Shown here: positions 35,848 through 48,859 of the stretch, piece by piece | Position numbering within the stretch: position 1 is the first letter of the stretch | Layout: every line of letters starts with the position of its first letter | Translations under genes and position numbers: made by a program | The notes under the pieces: generated by a model | Database searches by the model: none | Seen by the model: only the letters and a program-made list of their open reading frames with translations | Told to the model about the DNA's origin: nothing | Assembly: GCA_964199315.1 (NCBI GenBank) | Contig: OZ116709.1 | Span: 6,324,001-6,388,000 of the forward strand | Direction: 5' to 3' | Origin: Orbicella franksi | Taxonomy: Eukaryota | DNA: 64,000 nucleotides

Positions 35848-36185
35848 CTTTGTAGCTGAGTTAAGCCGCGCGAGCGGAGCCCCATACCTTAGAAAACGTG
35901 ACTATCCGTACGTCCGCCCGTACGTCCGCAAAGCCCAGTACCTTGAAAAATAAGCACATTACCATAGGTACATCTTTCATATTGGACATCCATGTTATCA
36001 TGAATTAATTGACAGCTGTCAAAACAAGGTATCAGCTAACCAGCATCACGTGACCATATCGCAGGCTCAGGTCAAGAGCTCATCGAGGTCGCGTGTTTTT
36101 TTTAAGTTGATTACTGACGAGGCACTGGTTAATTCATTGTAATGGGAGCTCTGCTTTTAGGCTTGGTTAAATCCACGTATTAAAG
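35848..36185 (+). mobile_element. Possible non-autonomous Helentron/DINE-like element
   Basis: Starts in a T-run (TTTGTAGCTGAGTTAAGCC), has an internal CCGTACGTCCG repeat, and ends TTTTAGGCTTGGTTAAATC. A second copy of the 3' end is at 36617-36646. The class is inferred. Confidence 0.4.
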
Positions 36186-37282
36186 TCATACCCGGCAGAT
36201 CAGGCTCACCCGCTGAAAGATGCTCTTGGTATAGAAGGGTGGTGTTCCAACATACAGCTCATACTGGTTTTTCGATTGGATCGCGGGCTCAAGCCAGGTT
36301 ATTACGCTGGAGGAGAGGGAGGGAGTACATGGAAAGGCAAAATTTCGGCGCAAATTAAACCCTGACGCGTTGTTCACTTTTCTTCCAACATATTCCTTGC
36401 GCAATCGTCTCTTGGAAAGTCCCTGATATATGCGTGCGTAATTTCTGCAATCTCTGGTACACTCATTACGTATGGTTTGTTAAAATCTAACTAGAAAAAA
36501 TAGTGAAACCGCACACTGAACAATCATATGCTCACAATTGATCATTTTTGAGTTTCTGATCCAGCGAAAAATATTCTCCTGTCATTTATGGTTAATTATT
36601 TAATTAATTAATTATCCGCTTTTAGGCTTGGCTAAATCTATATATTAAACATTGCCAAGTTGCCATGGGTTATCTAAATTCGGCATGATTAATGGAGCGG
36701 TGAGGCTACTTTCCATGGCCTTAGGTGTCCCGCGGGGCACGATGAGGAATGAGAGAGACTGCTTTCCAAAATATTGCTGAACGCCCAAGATTACCGAGAT
36801 CCGATTGTTTGCTGTTCAGCTCTCCGTTTCTCTGTAGCGCTTCGTTATCAACAAGGACGTTATCGGTTCAAAGTTAGGACGGTTCTCTTGGGCGGAAAAG
36901 AAATGGAAGCGCCGGGAAATAATGTCTTCAGGATAGATGAATGCTTTAACTGTCCCGCTTGACGTCTGTTCTCCAAAGCTATAGATTAACTTACACCGCA
37001 TCACTGTCATTTGTTTATTAATCTCATCATACCTGCTTCTGGAACGTTTTCTAACACTGAAGAAAAGCTAGAATTTGACCATTGAAAAAAAAAGACAACA
37101 ATCGTCCGATAATTATCGCGTGGACTTGATATTATTGAAAATTCTGTTGACCAACTACCGTGCAAACCTTTTGATGAAAAACGCCAGCTGCAAAGAGAAA
37201 CCATGAAGCAAAGCGATGCAGTAGCCATTACAAAAATTAAAACGTACAATATAAGGAATGTTAATCACTCGAAGCAAGATGC

Positions 37283-39801
37283 TTACAATTCTTCTTTTGC
37301 ACTCGGTTTACTATGCTGAAAAGAAGTTAAAATATCTAAGCGTTTCTTGAATTGATCTTTCTTCTTGTCGGTGATTTTATCCTTTAAGAGTTTTTGAACA
37401 CGGGCAACTTCACTATCGACGTAATCGACCCCTTTCTCTTTAATCTTCTTCATGATTTTCACGTAGATGTCGCCAGTTGCCTTCTCCTTGTCGTCTGTGC
37501 TTTCTTCCAAGACCTTTTCAGCTTTCTGAATGATGTCAGCGTATCCTGAAGTGTCGCTTGCCAAAAGCTCCTCGGCCAGTTTGTCAAACTTCTCAATGCA
37601 ATTTGGCAAACCTAGACAGAGACAAAGATATCAAATGTGAACTCTTGCTTTCAGATTCCGACTCCCAAAGTCACAGCTTAAAATAAACTTGAAGAAAACT
37701 GCACTGTAAATAGCAAGTTGTTTTTTTATATGTACACAGCGGAATATTTAACATTCAATATTGTATATTAAACAATTTGATTATGACCTCGAAATTTCTA
37801 TCACACACAGATATCTAGAGCGAACAACCTAACTGATTTAGTGTAAATCTACTCTGGGTCGTTCAAACCAACATCTAAATCTTCTTTACAGACACTTTGA
37901 AAGCGCAAAATAAGCGACCGCTATTTTGTGTGCAAGAGCACACTACTGCGCTGCTCACTATCTACAACAGAATAGGTAGTGAGTAGCGTATAGCCAACAA
38001 GAGAACGGCATTGCATACTAAAGTAGAACATTTGGTTCCCTATTCAATTACTCGACTTTTACTTCTTGTTTTTCAAACAGTATCCATACCTATCCAAAGT
38101 CGCGAATTTGTTTTCACAAATTTAGAGAGTTCGTCGGCCTTGATGTCCCCCGTGAAATCAATCGGAGTGTCCTCGTTTTGTTTGAAGAGCTTGTAGACCG
38201 GGAAATCTTCCTTGTTGATATTATAACGCTCCCTCAAGTCGTCGTTTTCTTTTTCGCCATATTCTGCAGAATAATGAAAATACTCTTTAAAGTCAACTCC
38301 CTTTTCCCTCTCAAAAACCGAAATGTGGAATCGGTCTTTGTTCAGGTGGAGTTTGGAGGGGAGTGTGGGGGAGGGGGGGGGGGGGGAACTCCAAAATAAG
38401 TGTAAAGATTTCCTTGAGTCTAATCTCTAAGTACCAATGAAAATACTACTCAACAGAATTCATACTCCAGCATTCTGTCTGGTTGTCCTAACAAATCACC
38501 AGTACCCATTCTGCGTGGGTACAATCATAAGAAACCCAGACCACTGTGCTGCAAAGTATGGAATTTCCAACTGGCCTGGAAAAACTTACCAAATAACTTA
38601 GTAAGAAATGTTAAGCAACGTTTTACTTGGAACATCAGAACTATTTCGCCCAAATTACTTTTCTCCTAAAATAATTATAATTATAAAAAAGTAGTGGTGG
38701 CCTGTAACTTCTACTTGGGGAGGTAAATGATGAATTTACTTTGCACCTAAAGTTTGTTCCACCTGGAACACTGCTGCAGAGATTGTCAGTAACATTCTTA
38801 CAGGTAAAAAGGTCAGAAGCTCTTTCCAATTGGGGTCCTCATTTTTCTGTCCATAACAAAAAAATATATTTGCTCCTTTAAATTCTAAAAGGAAAACAAC
38901 ATAACAGGCCACCCAACTCTTTAACCAATGTGCTGCCCTCAAAACAACATTCAGTTCATATCATAACACTAAAATCCAGTTGACTTCACAAAACTGGAAC
39001 AACAGCATCCAGCCATTTATTTAAAATTATCTTACATTGGTAACTCACACTACATATGTGTCACAAATTAGGATATAATTCTGAGAACAGAAACTGTTAA
39101 TGTATGATGAAAATGATGACCAGTAGAATGATCCTACAGGAGAAGAAACATTTATTTAAAAGAGAAAATACCATTGAAAATTAATGAAAAATGAATAGTT
39201 GAATTTGTGGTTGGTTTGAGTACCTGACACTCCAACCTCTGCCACCAGAAGATCAGGCTGTGATGAGGATTTCTCGGCAAACTTTTTGAATTCATCCTCT
39301 TTTTCTCCATATGCATACTGTTTGTCAAACTTAACAAGCACTGCTTTGTGTTTGCCAATGACCTGCCTCGAAGGAAAGTTAAATAAGAAATAAAATTTAC
39401 TTTTTCATACTATGTTCATAAATTGATTTAACTGAGTGAGCTTGACTTCCTTCCAAACATTAAGTAGTTTATTGCATTACAGCGGAATGCTAACCCTGAC
39501 ATTTTGAACCGGGAAAGGAACCCTTTACAGCACTCCAAGCTCAAGGTTTCACCTGTTTCTAAAATTTATTCGCCAATTGTTTTATCGTTTGTCATGGGGA
39601 CCAAAATGGTCACAGCTTTGAGGGCTGCTGTGTAATAGAACCCAACATAACAAAACCATTGTTTTAAAAGAGTGACTGTATCAAGGTGACATAATATTAT
39701 GAGTGATTCCTATGTTGCCTTGTTAAAGTCAGTCTTTGCCTTGAACATGTTATTACAACATCAAAACAATAATTTTATATTTTTGCAGAAGTCTTTTAGC
39801 A

Positions 39802-39858
<57 letters not shown>

Positions 39859-41933
39859 GTCAGTCAGTCAGTCAGTCAGTCAATCATCATCATCATTTTA
39901 TTTCTAGATAAAATCTACATTTCACAGTTGGACTGGCCCACGAATAGCTATGCTAGTCTACGCAGGCTAGTCTATCAATAGTTACAAATGATTTATTATC
40001 ATTATTACTTTTATTACTATTATAGAAAAATAGAGAGTTAGAAAAAAAAGTGAATAAAATAAAAAGAAAAAGTGGGAAAAGAATGTGATTTAATAGATAA
40101 CATATTTTTTGTTTGTTTGTTTGATTGTTGGTTGGTTTTTTTTTACTACTGCTACTGACATTTTAATTTCAATCAATCAATCAATCAATCAATCAAGCGA
40201 TCGATCGATCAATCAATCGATCAATCTTGAAATCAATCAATCAAATGTTTAACACTATTTATTACATGGAAAACTGGTCCAAGATGAAAAGGAGACTTCT
40301 GATTGGTTCCCTGAGTGATCTGGATTTTGCAACAAGGACCACTAAGAGCACCACTTATGAATAGTATTAGTTCCCGTAAAATGCCTTTTCAAATATCGCA
40401 CAAAAGAAAACAATTTGTTGTTAAGTAGAACTCTTTTTGGCTTTGCATAATTTGGCAGAAAGCGACCAACAAAATGAAAATAAATGCTAAACTTTCGCAC
40501 AAGTGTGTATTACATTTGTCAAGAATGGATCATTGGGGAGCATTAATTTATCATCAGAGTTTTAAAACAGCCATCATAACATACTTAATTGATCTAGCTT
40601 GTTCTGTAGAGAGGAATTAATATTGGTCAAGTTCTTTCCTAACAAGTTTTTTGGACTGAGCTGCCATTTGCAAAAAAAAAAAGAACATGAGCAATATCTT
40701 CCCAACATGGACCTCACACTATAGGTAGGTCAATAATCTATTGAAAAAGACAGTAAATTTTCTGACCACAGCTTATGACATAAATCTATGCTTCCCAAGG
40801 CTTGTGTATTGTGAAATCTATGTCACTTTATCCTATGAAATAATTATCAGCCAAAGCAAGATATAACTATGGCAAGATTTTGGTCATTTGGCCCAAATTT
40901 GTTATAAAAGGGTGTTATGAAGGGGTGTTATAATGACCCTCCATTATAAATGAACATACTTGAATATACCCTGTCCCTTGCTATAACCTGATGTTTCTAA
41001 ACATTGTCAGACTTCGGAAAAAAATGCTCTTTGCACGCACAGTTCATTCTTTATCACAGAGATGTCTACTGAGATTGGTTTACATTAGTATGTAGCATTT
41101 TCTGTTACTTGCATGATAACAGAAATATTGTAGTGAACTGAGTTTGCAAGGATTATACTTCAGCACTGTTTGGTGTACATGGTGCATTACATTATTTTCG
41201 ATCATAATAATCAGAAATAATCTCAGTAAGATTGAAACTGAAATTTTCAGTTTCAATCTTACTGAGATCTGAGATCCAAATTGCAGATAAAATTATTTTG
41301 TAACTACTAAGCCACTTAAATTTGCAAAATATGTAAATTAGTCAAGTTCAAGCTTATCTAACAGCTGATAATTTTCAGATCCACGGTCTTCAAAATGAAA
41401 GCTTTGAAACAGCAAATTTGTTTTCAAAATTTTCAAATTTCCATAAAATAAAGTACATGTAATTAAAGCACAATAGGCTACGTTCTGATTGCTTTTCAGC
41501 AACGTAAAAGGTTGATAGAAATAATTTCCTGCAGATGTCAAAGTTAACCAATCAGAGGGAAGCACGTTGTTATCATTTACAGTGTAACCGGCGCTCAGCA
41601 CGTGGCCAAACTACAGTACACATGAACAATTGTAAAACTGTGATTCTTTTCTTCGTTTATATGGTGAAGTTTTATTTTGATATTGCAGATTTGAAGGCAA
41701 AGATTTGCAAACCTGATCAGTTGGGTCATTTGTGCATGCCTGATCTCATAAGATCTACGCTCCATTGAAGAACAAGTCTTAAATCGATATCAAGGAAGTG
41801 GAACAACCATTTTAAGAAATACCTTGTCGAAAGTTAGAGTATCCAGAGGCACCGCTCCCCTAGCTGTTCCTTCCACTTTGAGGATAGCGAAAATCGCTAA
41901 TACGATCGCTGAAATCAACCCAGTAAAGGCCAT
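37283..41933 (-). CDS. ERP29: Endoplasmic reticulum resident protein 29 (ERp29/PDI-D family); 4 exons, 250 aa
   Basis: Exons 41933-41823, 39362-39224, 38263-38090, 37611-37283; phases 0,1,1; 753 nt open. Signal peptide [22 protein letters not shown], then [49 protein letters not shown], linker GLPNC, helical D-domain ending LDILTSF...KEEL (ER retrieval). No CXXC. Minus-strand AATAAA at 37019-37014. Confidence 0.95.
39804..39896 (+). repeat. Compound microsatellite (TCAA)13(TCAG)6(TCA)n; a second (TCAA)n tract at about 40169-40223
   Basis: Read directly; lies in ERp29 intron 1. Confidence 0.95.
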
Positions 41934-42478
41934 TGTGGCGATTGCCTCCTCTGTTACTCCACTGGACAGTCTCCTGCACGAAGCACGAATGTATTGAGTA
42001 TTCAGGCGCATTAGTCAGCGGACAAAATGATGCAGCGGCACGTACGTGGTGTAACTATCATACAGCTTGATTGCCGAATGTCATGTCACGCGTCACGAAT
42101 GAAATGAACAAACTACTATAAAAGTGAAAAGTCAAGCAGATCCCTAGGAAGTTGTCCTCTTTAACAGTGAGAAAGGTGGAAAAAAATTCTTAACTTTTTC
42201 GGAATGTATTGCTATAAAAGCTAGCGCTGTCGAGACATTCTTATTTGTGGAATTATGGAGGCGAAGATGAGGTGTCACGCACAGATCGTTGCGTGACTAC
42301 AGCATCGTGACCTAAACGACGATGAATGATACCTTTCTTCTTGACCGTTGACCTATTTTCTACGAAATGAAGTAGCCCGATGAAATGGTAATATTGGACA
42401 AAACGCTCGCTTGACTGAAATCGCCGAAACATTTGATTACTGAAGTGTTCTGGAATTACGCAATCCAGCAACATAAGA
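41934..42478. promoter_or_regulatory. Probable bidirectional promoter shared by ERp29 (minus) and SLCO-B (plus)
   Basis: The divergent start codons at 41933 and 42479 are only 545 nt apart. CpG-containing, with ACGT/CACG cores at about 42038-42100. No TE evident. Confidence 0.6.
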
Positions 42479-43696
42479 ATGACTGAAGATATAAAACAAT
42501 TGTCATTCGGCTGGCTGAGATTTCGTCCACCATGGCTACAGTTCCTCAACACTCCAAAATGGTTCTTGTTCTTCTTGAGTCAGTATTTCTTCACTCAGAG
42601 TATCGTTGTTAATGGAGTATATCCAGGTTCCATCAGCACTCTAGAGAAGCGGTTTGGTTTCTCCAGGTTAGTCCCAGAACGTGCTCTACGTTGTTCATGA
42701 GGTAGTTGTACGCCCTTGTACGTAACAAGGCAGTAAATCTTACGCTTGTTTAGTTTTGATTAGCGCTGGAAAAAGAGGGCAAAACGATCTGTAAGCTGTA
42801 TGCAATAATAATATTACAATAATAAACGGTACCTGTAAAGTCTGAAATCTCTCTCATGACTGATTATGACTCATGAAAGTCACTTACTTTTGATTCTAAT
42901 CACAACAGTGCGCGCCTACGTTACAGAGCGGAGGCAAAACATTTTCCGCATTTTCCGCATAGATGATTTGTTAATGAATAATTGCTATTAAACGAGAAAC
43001 AAAATTAACACACAGGGTCAAAAATCTTTTTCAAGATAAATTCTCTAAGGATTTCTTCATGGTAAATTCTGACTTGCATGGTGTAAATTACAAAGGAAAA
43101 CAGTACTTTAGGCGGTTGCTTTCTGTAATAACAGCTATGCACACTGTATTTTAAACAATTTAAATTTATGGACTTGACAACTATTCAGCCGCTAACTCTT
43201 TTATTGTTTTTTGCGTCTGATATTTCCGTATGAACATCAGTGTGGAACCTATTCATAATTTCTTTTAGCAAGAGTTTTTTCAATTCAACTTTACAAAAAG
43301 TGTTCATTCAGCTGTGTTGCTTTTCTGCTGTTTTGTAGTAAAACAGCCCGTTTAAGAAGATTGTAACCATGGAGCTTGCGACTGCAGAAACAGGATACTT
43401 ACATGTATACCACTCTTTTTGTAACAAAATATTAATAACAACTTAAAAGCGCACACATCAAACGTAAAATTAACAACTTGTTCATTCATCGAGTACTGAT
43501 GCACGCAAGAGGGCAGCAGAGAGCAACTCTAGCTTTTTCAGTGAGCGCTTTCCAGATTTCACAAGAGCATGATAACTCGATGATGCACAGCTAAAAGCAT
43601 GAATCCGAGTTGTTTTCCGACATTGCTAATGGAAAAATGTCCCCCGCGTAGACTACGAGTAGTCCCTCTTTCGCTTAGTCCGTCGAGCGAGACCGT

Positions 43697-44023
43697 GGGT
43701 GCTTTCCATTATGCCAAAGATTCTGGAAATTTCGGTCGGAATTCAAATGGAAACGTCCGTTTCGGTTTCTTCTGACCGGAATATTCAGGATCACCTCTGG
43801 AGGTGGTCAGCTTATTTCGGTTGGAATATTCCGACCGAAATTGGCCGTTCCATTTTTTACAAACCGGTTCTTTGCCCTAATTAGGGAATTCGGAAAAGGA
43901 ATAAAAAGTGGCAAGAGCCATTGCTTTTGGTTGGTCCGGTTTAATCGGAAAACGTCGTCCCATTTTCTTCGGGTATTCTCACTGATTCTCTTACCGGTCG
44001 GTTTGGGATAATGGAAAGCACCC
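43697..44023. mobile_element. MITE in SLCO-B intron 1, nested in a truncated TAGACTACGAG-type repeat; absent from C
   Basis: GGGTGCTTTCCATTATGCC / GGGATAATGGAAAGCACCC inverted termini. Confidence 0.75.
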
Positions 44024-47000
44024 CGCAAATAAACCGCGAGGGAAAAATGGCCGCGTGAAATCCTGGGGGCGACATGCGCGCGAAAGGAGGGGAAACAAGG
44101 AGAATATTTTCCATAGTACTCACTATAGACAAAATACAAAGCTTAGCAATGATTGCTGACCATTATGTTGAAAACTATACTTGACTACAGTTACATGATG
44201 GGAATGGTGACCAGCAGTTACGACGTAGCAGCCATGATCTTAACTCCGCTGATAAGCTACATCGGAGGCTCACGAAAGAAGCCAGTGTTCTGTTCTTGGG
44301 GTGTGTGCACAATGGGTGTTGGTTTCTTTATTTTCATCCTGCCTCACTTTGTCTCTCCACCTTACGAAGCAGGTATGTCCATTTGAAGTGGTCACCAAAA
44401 GAAAAAGAATTCTAGAAAATACTAAAGGCGTGTGTATGTCTTCTTCCTCTTCACCAATAAGGTGTCTTCACGAATGCCATTGTGAGTGACTCAGGACTTT
44501 GCGTCGCAAATCGCACTGATTTTGGCGGGAAAAGTGATTGCAAAGAAGAAACCACCGGCGGTAATACTCTTTACTACGCGCTGTTCATTCTGGGAATGGT
44601 TGTAGCAGGCGCCGGTTGCACTCCTATGATCGCTTTGGGCGTTCCATATATGGACGAAAACGTCAGCGCCAAAGTGTCGCCTATGTACGTGGGTATATTT
44701 TTGGCCTGTGGAATTGCTGGTTAGTTGTCATAGTGACTCAATTGAAGCCTTTGTTAATGCATAATGACTTTTCTGTCTTCAGCGCGTCTTCAACTGAACA
44801 AATCGTACGATTATATTAAAACGATACTTATAAAACAATTACATATATAGTCATTATTCTAAATATTATATGACTAATTCAACTGGGGTTTCCAAGAGTC
44901 TCTAAGAGTCACCAAGCTAAGGTGCTGAGGCTGGAAGAAGAATTTCTTCTCTATCAGCAAATAGTTGTCCACGACACGGAACCAATCAATATATGAGAGA
45001 ATCAATCGATATGCAGTCGAACACGATGTGTGTTGTCTAAAAGTATACACAATAACTACATTTATGTGATCTGCGTACTGTTTTCAAACGTCCGTCGAAC
45101 CCCTGGGATTTTATTCTTGCTGTCTTTGTCGCTGAAATAACTATTAATCATAGAAGAAACATTGATGTTTGTAACGGCGCGATTTGTTTCTTTTTGCGTG
45201 TATTTTCTTTTCATATCATTTCAGGTGCCGCTGTTGGATTCGTATTGCTCTCAAGCTTTCTGTCAATGTTTGTGGAACTTGGTGTCCAGACCTCGTTAAC
45301 AATGCAAGATACACGGTGGGTGGGGAACTGGTGGCTAGGGTTTGCCATATTTGGTGCGATCTGCGTGTTTTGGAGCATTTGGCTGTTAGGATTCCCGAAG
45401 GAGTTTCCGCCGACCAAGAAACAGCGCGAAATCGAACTCGGCGAGACACTCGGCGAAGATAAACTTTCAGCCAGAGTGGTAGGTTACTTATTTAGAGTGT
45501 CAGATGCAGTGAAAGTTTTTTTCTTCCTTGAAAAATAACCCAAAAAAGTGCATGATAAGTGAAATGAACAAAACGTAATTGTTTTCCTTGACAACCAAGT
45601 TAGCGTTAGGAGTGTTCTGACGCCTCTCAATAAATCGCCCCCACCCCACCCCCGCACCCTGTCTCCGCTCCCCTCTCCCATATTCCGAGAGGTGAACTTT
45701 CAAATACAAACCATCTTCCAACATCAGTGCGTTTTTTTCGACTTTTGAGTTGAGAAGGAGTTGTGATGTTGGTTTAGAGTTAGGCACTTAGCAGATCACA
45801 ACTGAAAAAAAATCAAAATACGCATCCCGTCCTGCATAAGCGCCCTGTATCAATTTAAAGTTTTGTGTCTACCACGCATGCGTTGATTAAACTGTTTTCG
45901 CACGGTAGGGATGAAAAAGCAGTAGAATGACCGGGCCACTCTCACCGTGACTTCATTGGGTATACATACATGTACTCATTACAGACTGTTCTGGCAAAAG
46001 GTAGCCCTTTACAAAACAGAGCTGGCATAAGGCAAATATAATCTATTTTATTTTTATTTTCTCGGCATACACACTCTCCTAAAAGCTCGTGTATCTACCG
46101 AGAAAGTACAAGTGACTCGTGAGTTGCTCCATAGTATACCCTCGAAAGCACTGCATAACCAGTAGATCTTCTTGCTGGAGATCAAAGGCTCAAATAAGAA
46201 ATGTCTGGTATTCTCCTCTAGATCAAAAAAGACGAAGTAGCAGAGAAAAGAAGAGAAAAAGCAAGCTACACCAAGTTGAAAGATCTTCCCAAAGCAACAA
46301 AGCTGGTGTTTTCACGCCTTCCTTTCGTATTCATCACACTTGGTGTCTGCTTGGAGAATTTTTTTTTCACAGCTGCAACAGCGTTCTTGCCAAAAATCAT
46401 GCAAACGCAGTTTTATCTGCCACCTGGCAAAGCAGCTCTTTTGTTTGGCGTGATAGCTGTACCTTGTGGATTCTTTGGCAACTTGATAGGTGAGAAATAA
46501 AAAGACAGTTTCCAAAATAGCTGGAACTTCTGCCCCAACAGCAAGTGCTCTTATTGGCTACCTTGAGGTCACATGATAATGAGACGGTTTGCCGCCTATA
46601 TAGTCGCGAGAGTGGCAACATCACCAACTCTCTGACGTCAGAGCGTAACAGTCTGTTTTCAAATCATATATAGTGATGTCTATATGTTGGACTTAATTCT
46701 TGATAACTGGTATCTCGAGTATCCAATTAATTTCTTTGACTCGAAACTCAGGAAAATGAAATTCTCAGGAAACAAAGTTTACTGATTCTCTCGGGCCGAG
46801 TAGTCAAGTGCTTAAACCTTCAGACGATCTACCATCGAGGATTTAAATTCCGTAGAAAAAGATGCACTTTTTGTTTCTGCTACGGTTCACTGGCTCTTCT
46901 TCCAGAACCTCAAAACAACTAAATGGCTCTCTATTGAGCAAGCACAGGAGAATGGCTACTTACAACTAAGTACTGTGATTTCTGTTTCCAGGGGCATATA

Positions 47001-47896
47001 TCAACAAACGCCTAAAACTAAACCTGACTAATTCCGCCAGGATGTGTTTTATTGTTGCTCTATTGGGACTTATGGACTTATCTTTCCTTGCTTCGTTGCC
47101 TCCTTCACTCTACCCTAATTCCTTCATTCCATCCTGTTTTCGTTCTTTCCCTCCTTCCTTCCATCCTTCACTTGGACAAATGCTGTCCATGTGCAAGAAG
47201 AACGATATGTGTTTAATTTAAGTCACGAATAAAGTATTACCTTAAATTTCATACAGCTCGGGTCCAGTCCTGCTCTCTTCACCATGTAACCAGGCCTGTA
47301 ACTGTACTGGAGTAAGTTATGTTCCTGTGTGCGGTGGACCGCTGACCTATTTTTCGCCCTGTCATGCTGGCTGTAGTGAGGGGAACGAAACGAACAAGGT
47401 ATTTCAAGTCATCGTTATGGCGTGCAATATCGCTGTATTTGTTCGTGGTATTTTGTTGACCTCGTTGTTATCTTGTAATCCTTTTCTGTGCTGTTTCCTT
47501 TCAGGGCTCCTTTTCTTACTCCAACTGCGCCTGCGTCACTGAAACGGGAAAAACATCAAGAGAAGCGAAGAAAGGCACATGCACTGTTGACTGCGGGCTC
47601 AACTTCGCACTCTTTTTGACCATTCTTGCTTTACTTCCGTTTTTGACGTTTCTAAATGACACTCCAGCGACCATAGTGACCCTACGGTTTGTATATCACA
47701 GTAGCATTGTTTAGCAAACGTTCAACTAACTTTCACGTGGATAATCTCTTGTTCAAACTCATTATTAATTCATCAATTTTACAGTTTAAACAAAAGAAGC
47801 CATAACCGTGAGGGTGTTTCACGATATCGATCTGATCTTAATAAGCATAGATCTTTACCGGATTTTATTGCACCATTTTCTCTTTAGTTTTAGGTT

Positions 47897-48105
47897 ATGG
47901 CTAGCGGGTATGGCACAGTGATGAGAGCGCTCGCCTCCCACCAATGTGGCGCGAGTTCGATTCCGGCGCGGTGTCACACGTGGGTTAAATTTGTTGATGG
48001 TTCTCGCCTTGCTCCGAAGGCTTTTCTCCGCGTTCTTCGGTCTTCGTACTTCCACAAAAACCAACACTTTAAATTCCAATTCGAAGAATTAAAACAGATT
48101 GCATT
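47897..48105 (+). mobile_element. tRNA-derived SINE (Meta/V-core-like) in SLCO-B intron 8; absent from C
   Basis: A-box TGGCACAGTGATG and B-box GAGTTCGATTCC, then the core GTGGGTTAAATTTGTTG.TGGTTCTCGCCTTGCTCCGA.GG.TTTTCTCCG.GTTCT.CGGT. Confidence 0.75.
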
Positions 48106-48428
48106 CGGCAAATTCGAAAACTCTCTGGCTGGCATTTTTAAATTTCTATGAAAGTACTAGTGTCATTTATAATTTTTTTTTACTTCAATTGTGATTCACA
48201 CTACTTGCAACACTGGAACGTCTACTTACCCAATTTACAACAGTAATACAGCTACTAATTACAGCAGTAATAACTATTTACAACAGTAATACAACTACTT
48301 ACACTACTTACACTACTTAATACGATGCAATTACAGATGCTACTTACAATACTACAATTTGCATAACTTACTGTACAAAACAATACAATTACTTCTTTAA
48401 CTTACGATACTAATACTTCAACTACTTA

Positions 48429-48518
48429 CAATACAATACAATACAATACAATACAATACAATACAATACAATACAATACAATACAATACAATACAATACA
48501 ATACAATACAATACAATA
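48429..48518 (+). repeat. (CAATA)18 pentanucleotide microsatellite, preceded by degenerate ACTACTTACA repeats from about 48190
   Basis: Read directly; in SLCO-B intron 8, absent from C. Confidence 0.95.
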
Positions 48519-48773
48519 CCATTTATAATGTAATTTATAATGCTTAGAAACTGATTCCTTGTTGGTTTGCCAATTCAAACGTACGAGCTCATATAAAGTA
48601 ACGAAAATAAACACACCGTGCCATCGCCCCTTTAATAAAAATTGTAGGAAAAAACCCAGGGTTTGATGCCCAGTTAATTATTTAGAAATAAATAGGACGA
48701 GCAATCGCACAACTTGCGTTTTTTTTTTAACAATTTCAAATTGAGGCACAAAAAGGTTGAATAGCGAGATTAA

Positions 48774-48859
48774 GGCCCGGGTCAAACGCCGAGCTTCACT
48801 TGAGCCTAATTGGTTGAATTGGGTTCGGCTCATGTGAAGTACGGCATTTGAGCCGGACC
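48774..48859. mobile_element. 86-bp Harbinger-type mini-MITE with TAA TSD, just upstream of the SLCO-B exon 9 acceptor
   Basis: GGCCCGGGTCAAACGCCGAGCTTCACTTGAGCC / GGCTCATGTGAAGTACGGCATTTGAGCCGGACC; TAA at 48771-48773 and 48860-48862. Confidence 0.85.

Noticed and set aside
44519-44533. TTTTGGCGGGAAAA in SLCO exon 3, matching the repeat motif at 6513-6670
   Set aside because: It is a coding sequence (DFGGK) conserved in B, C and D; coincidental.
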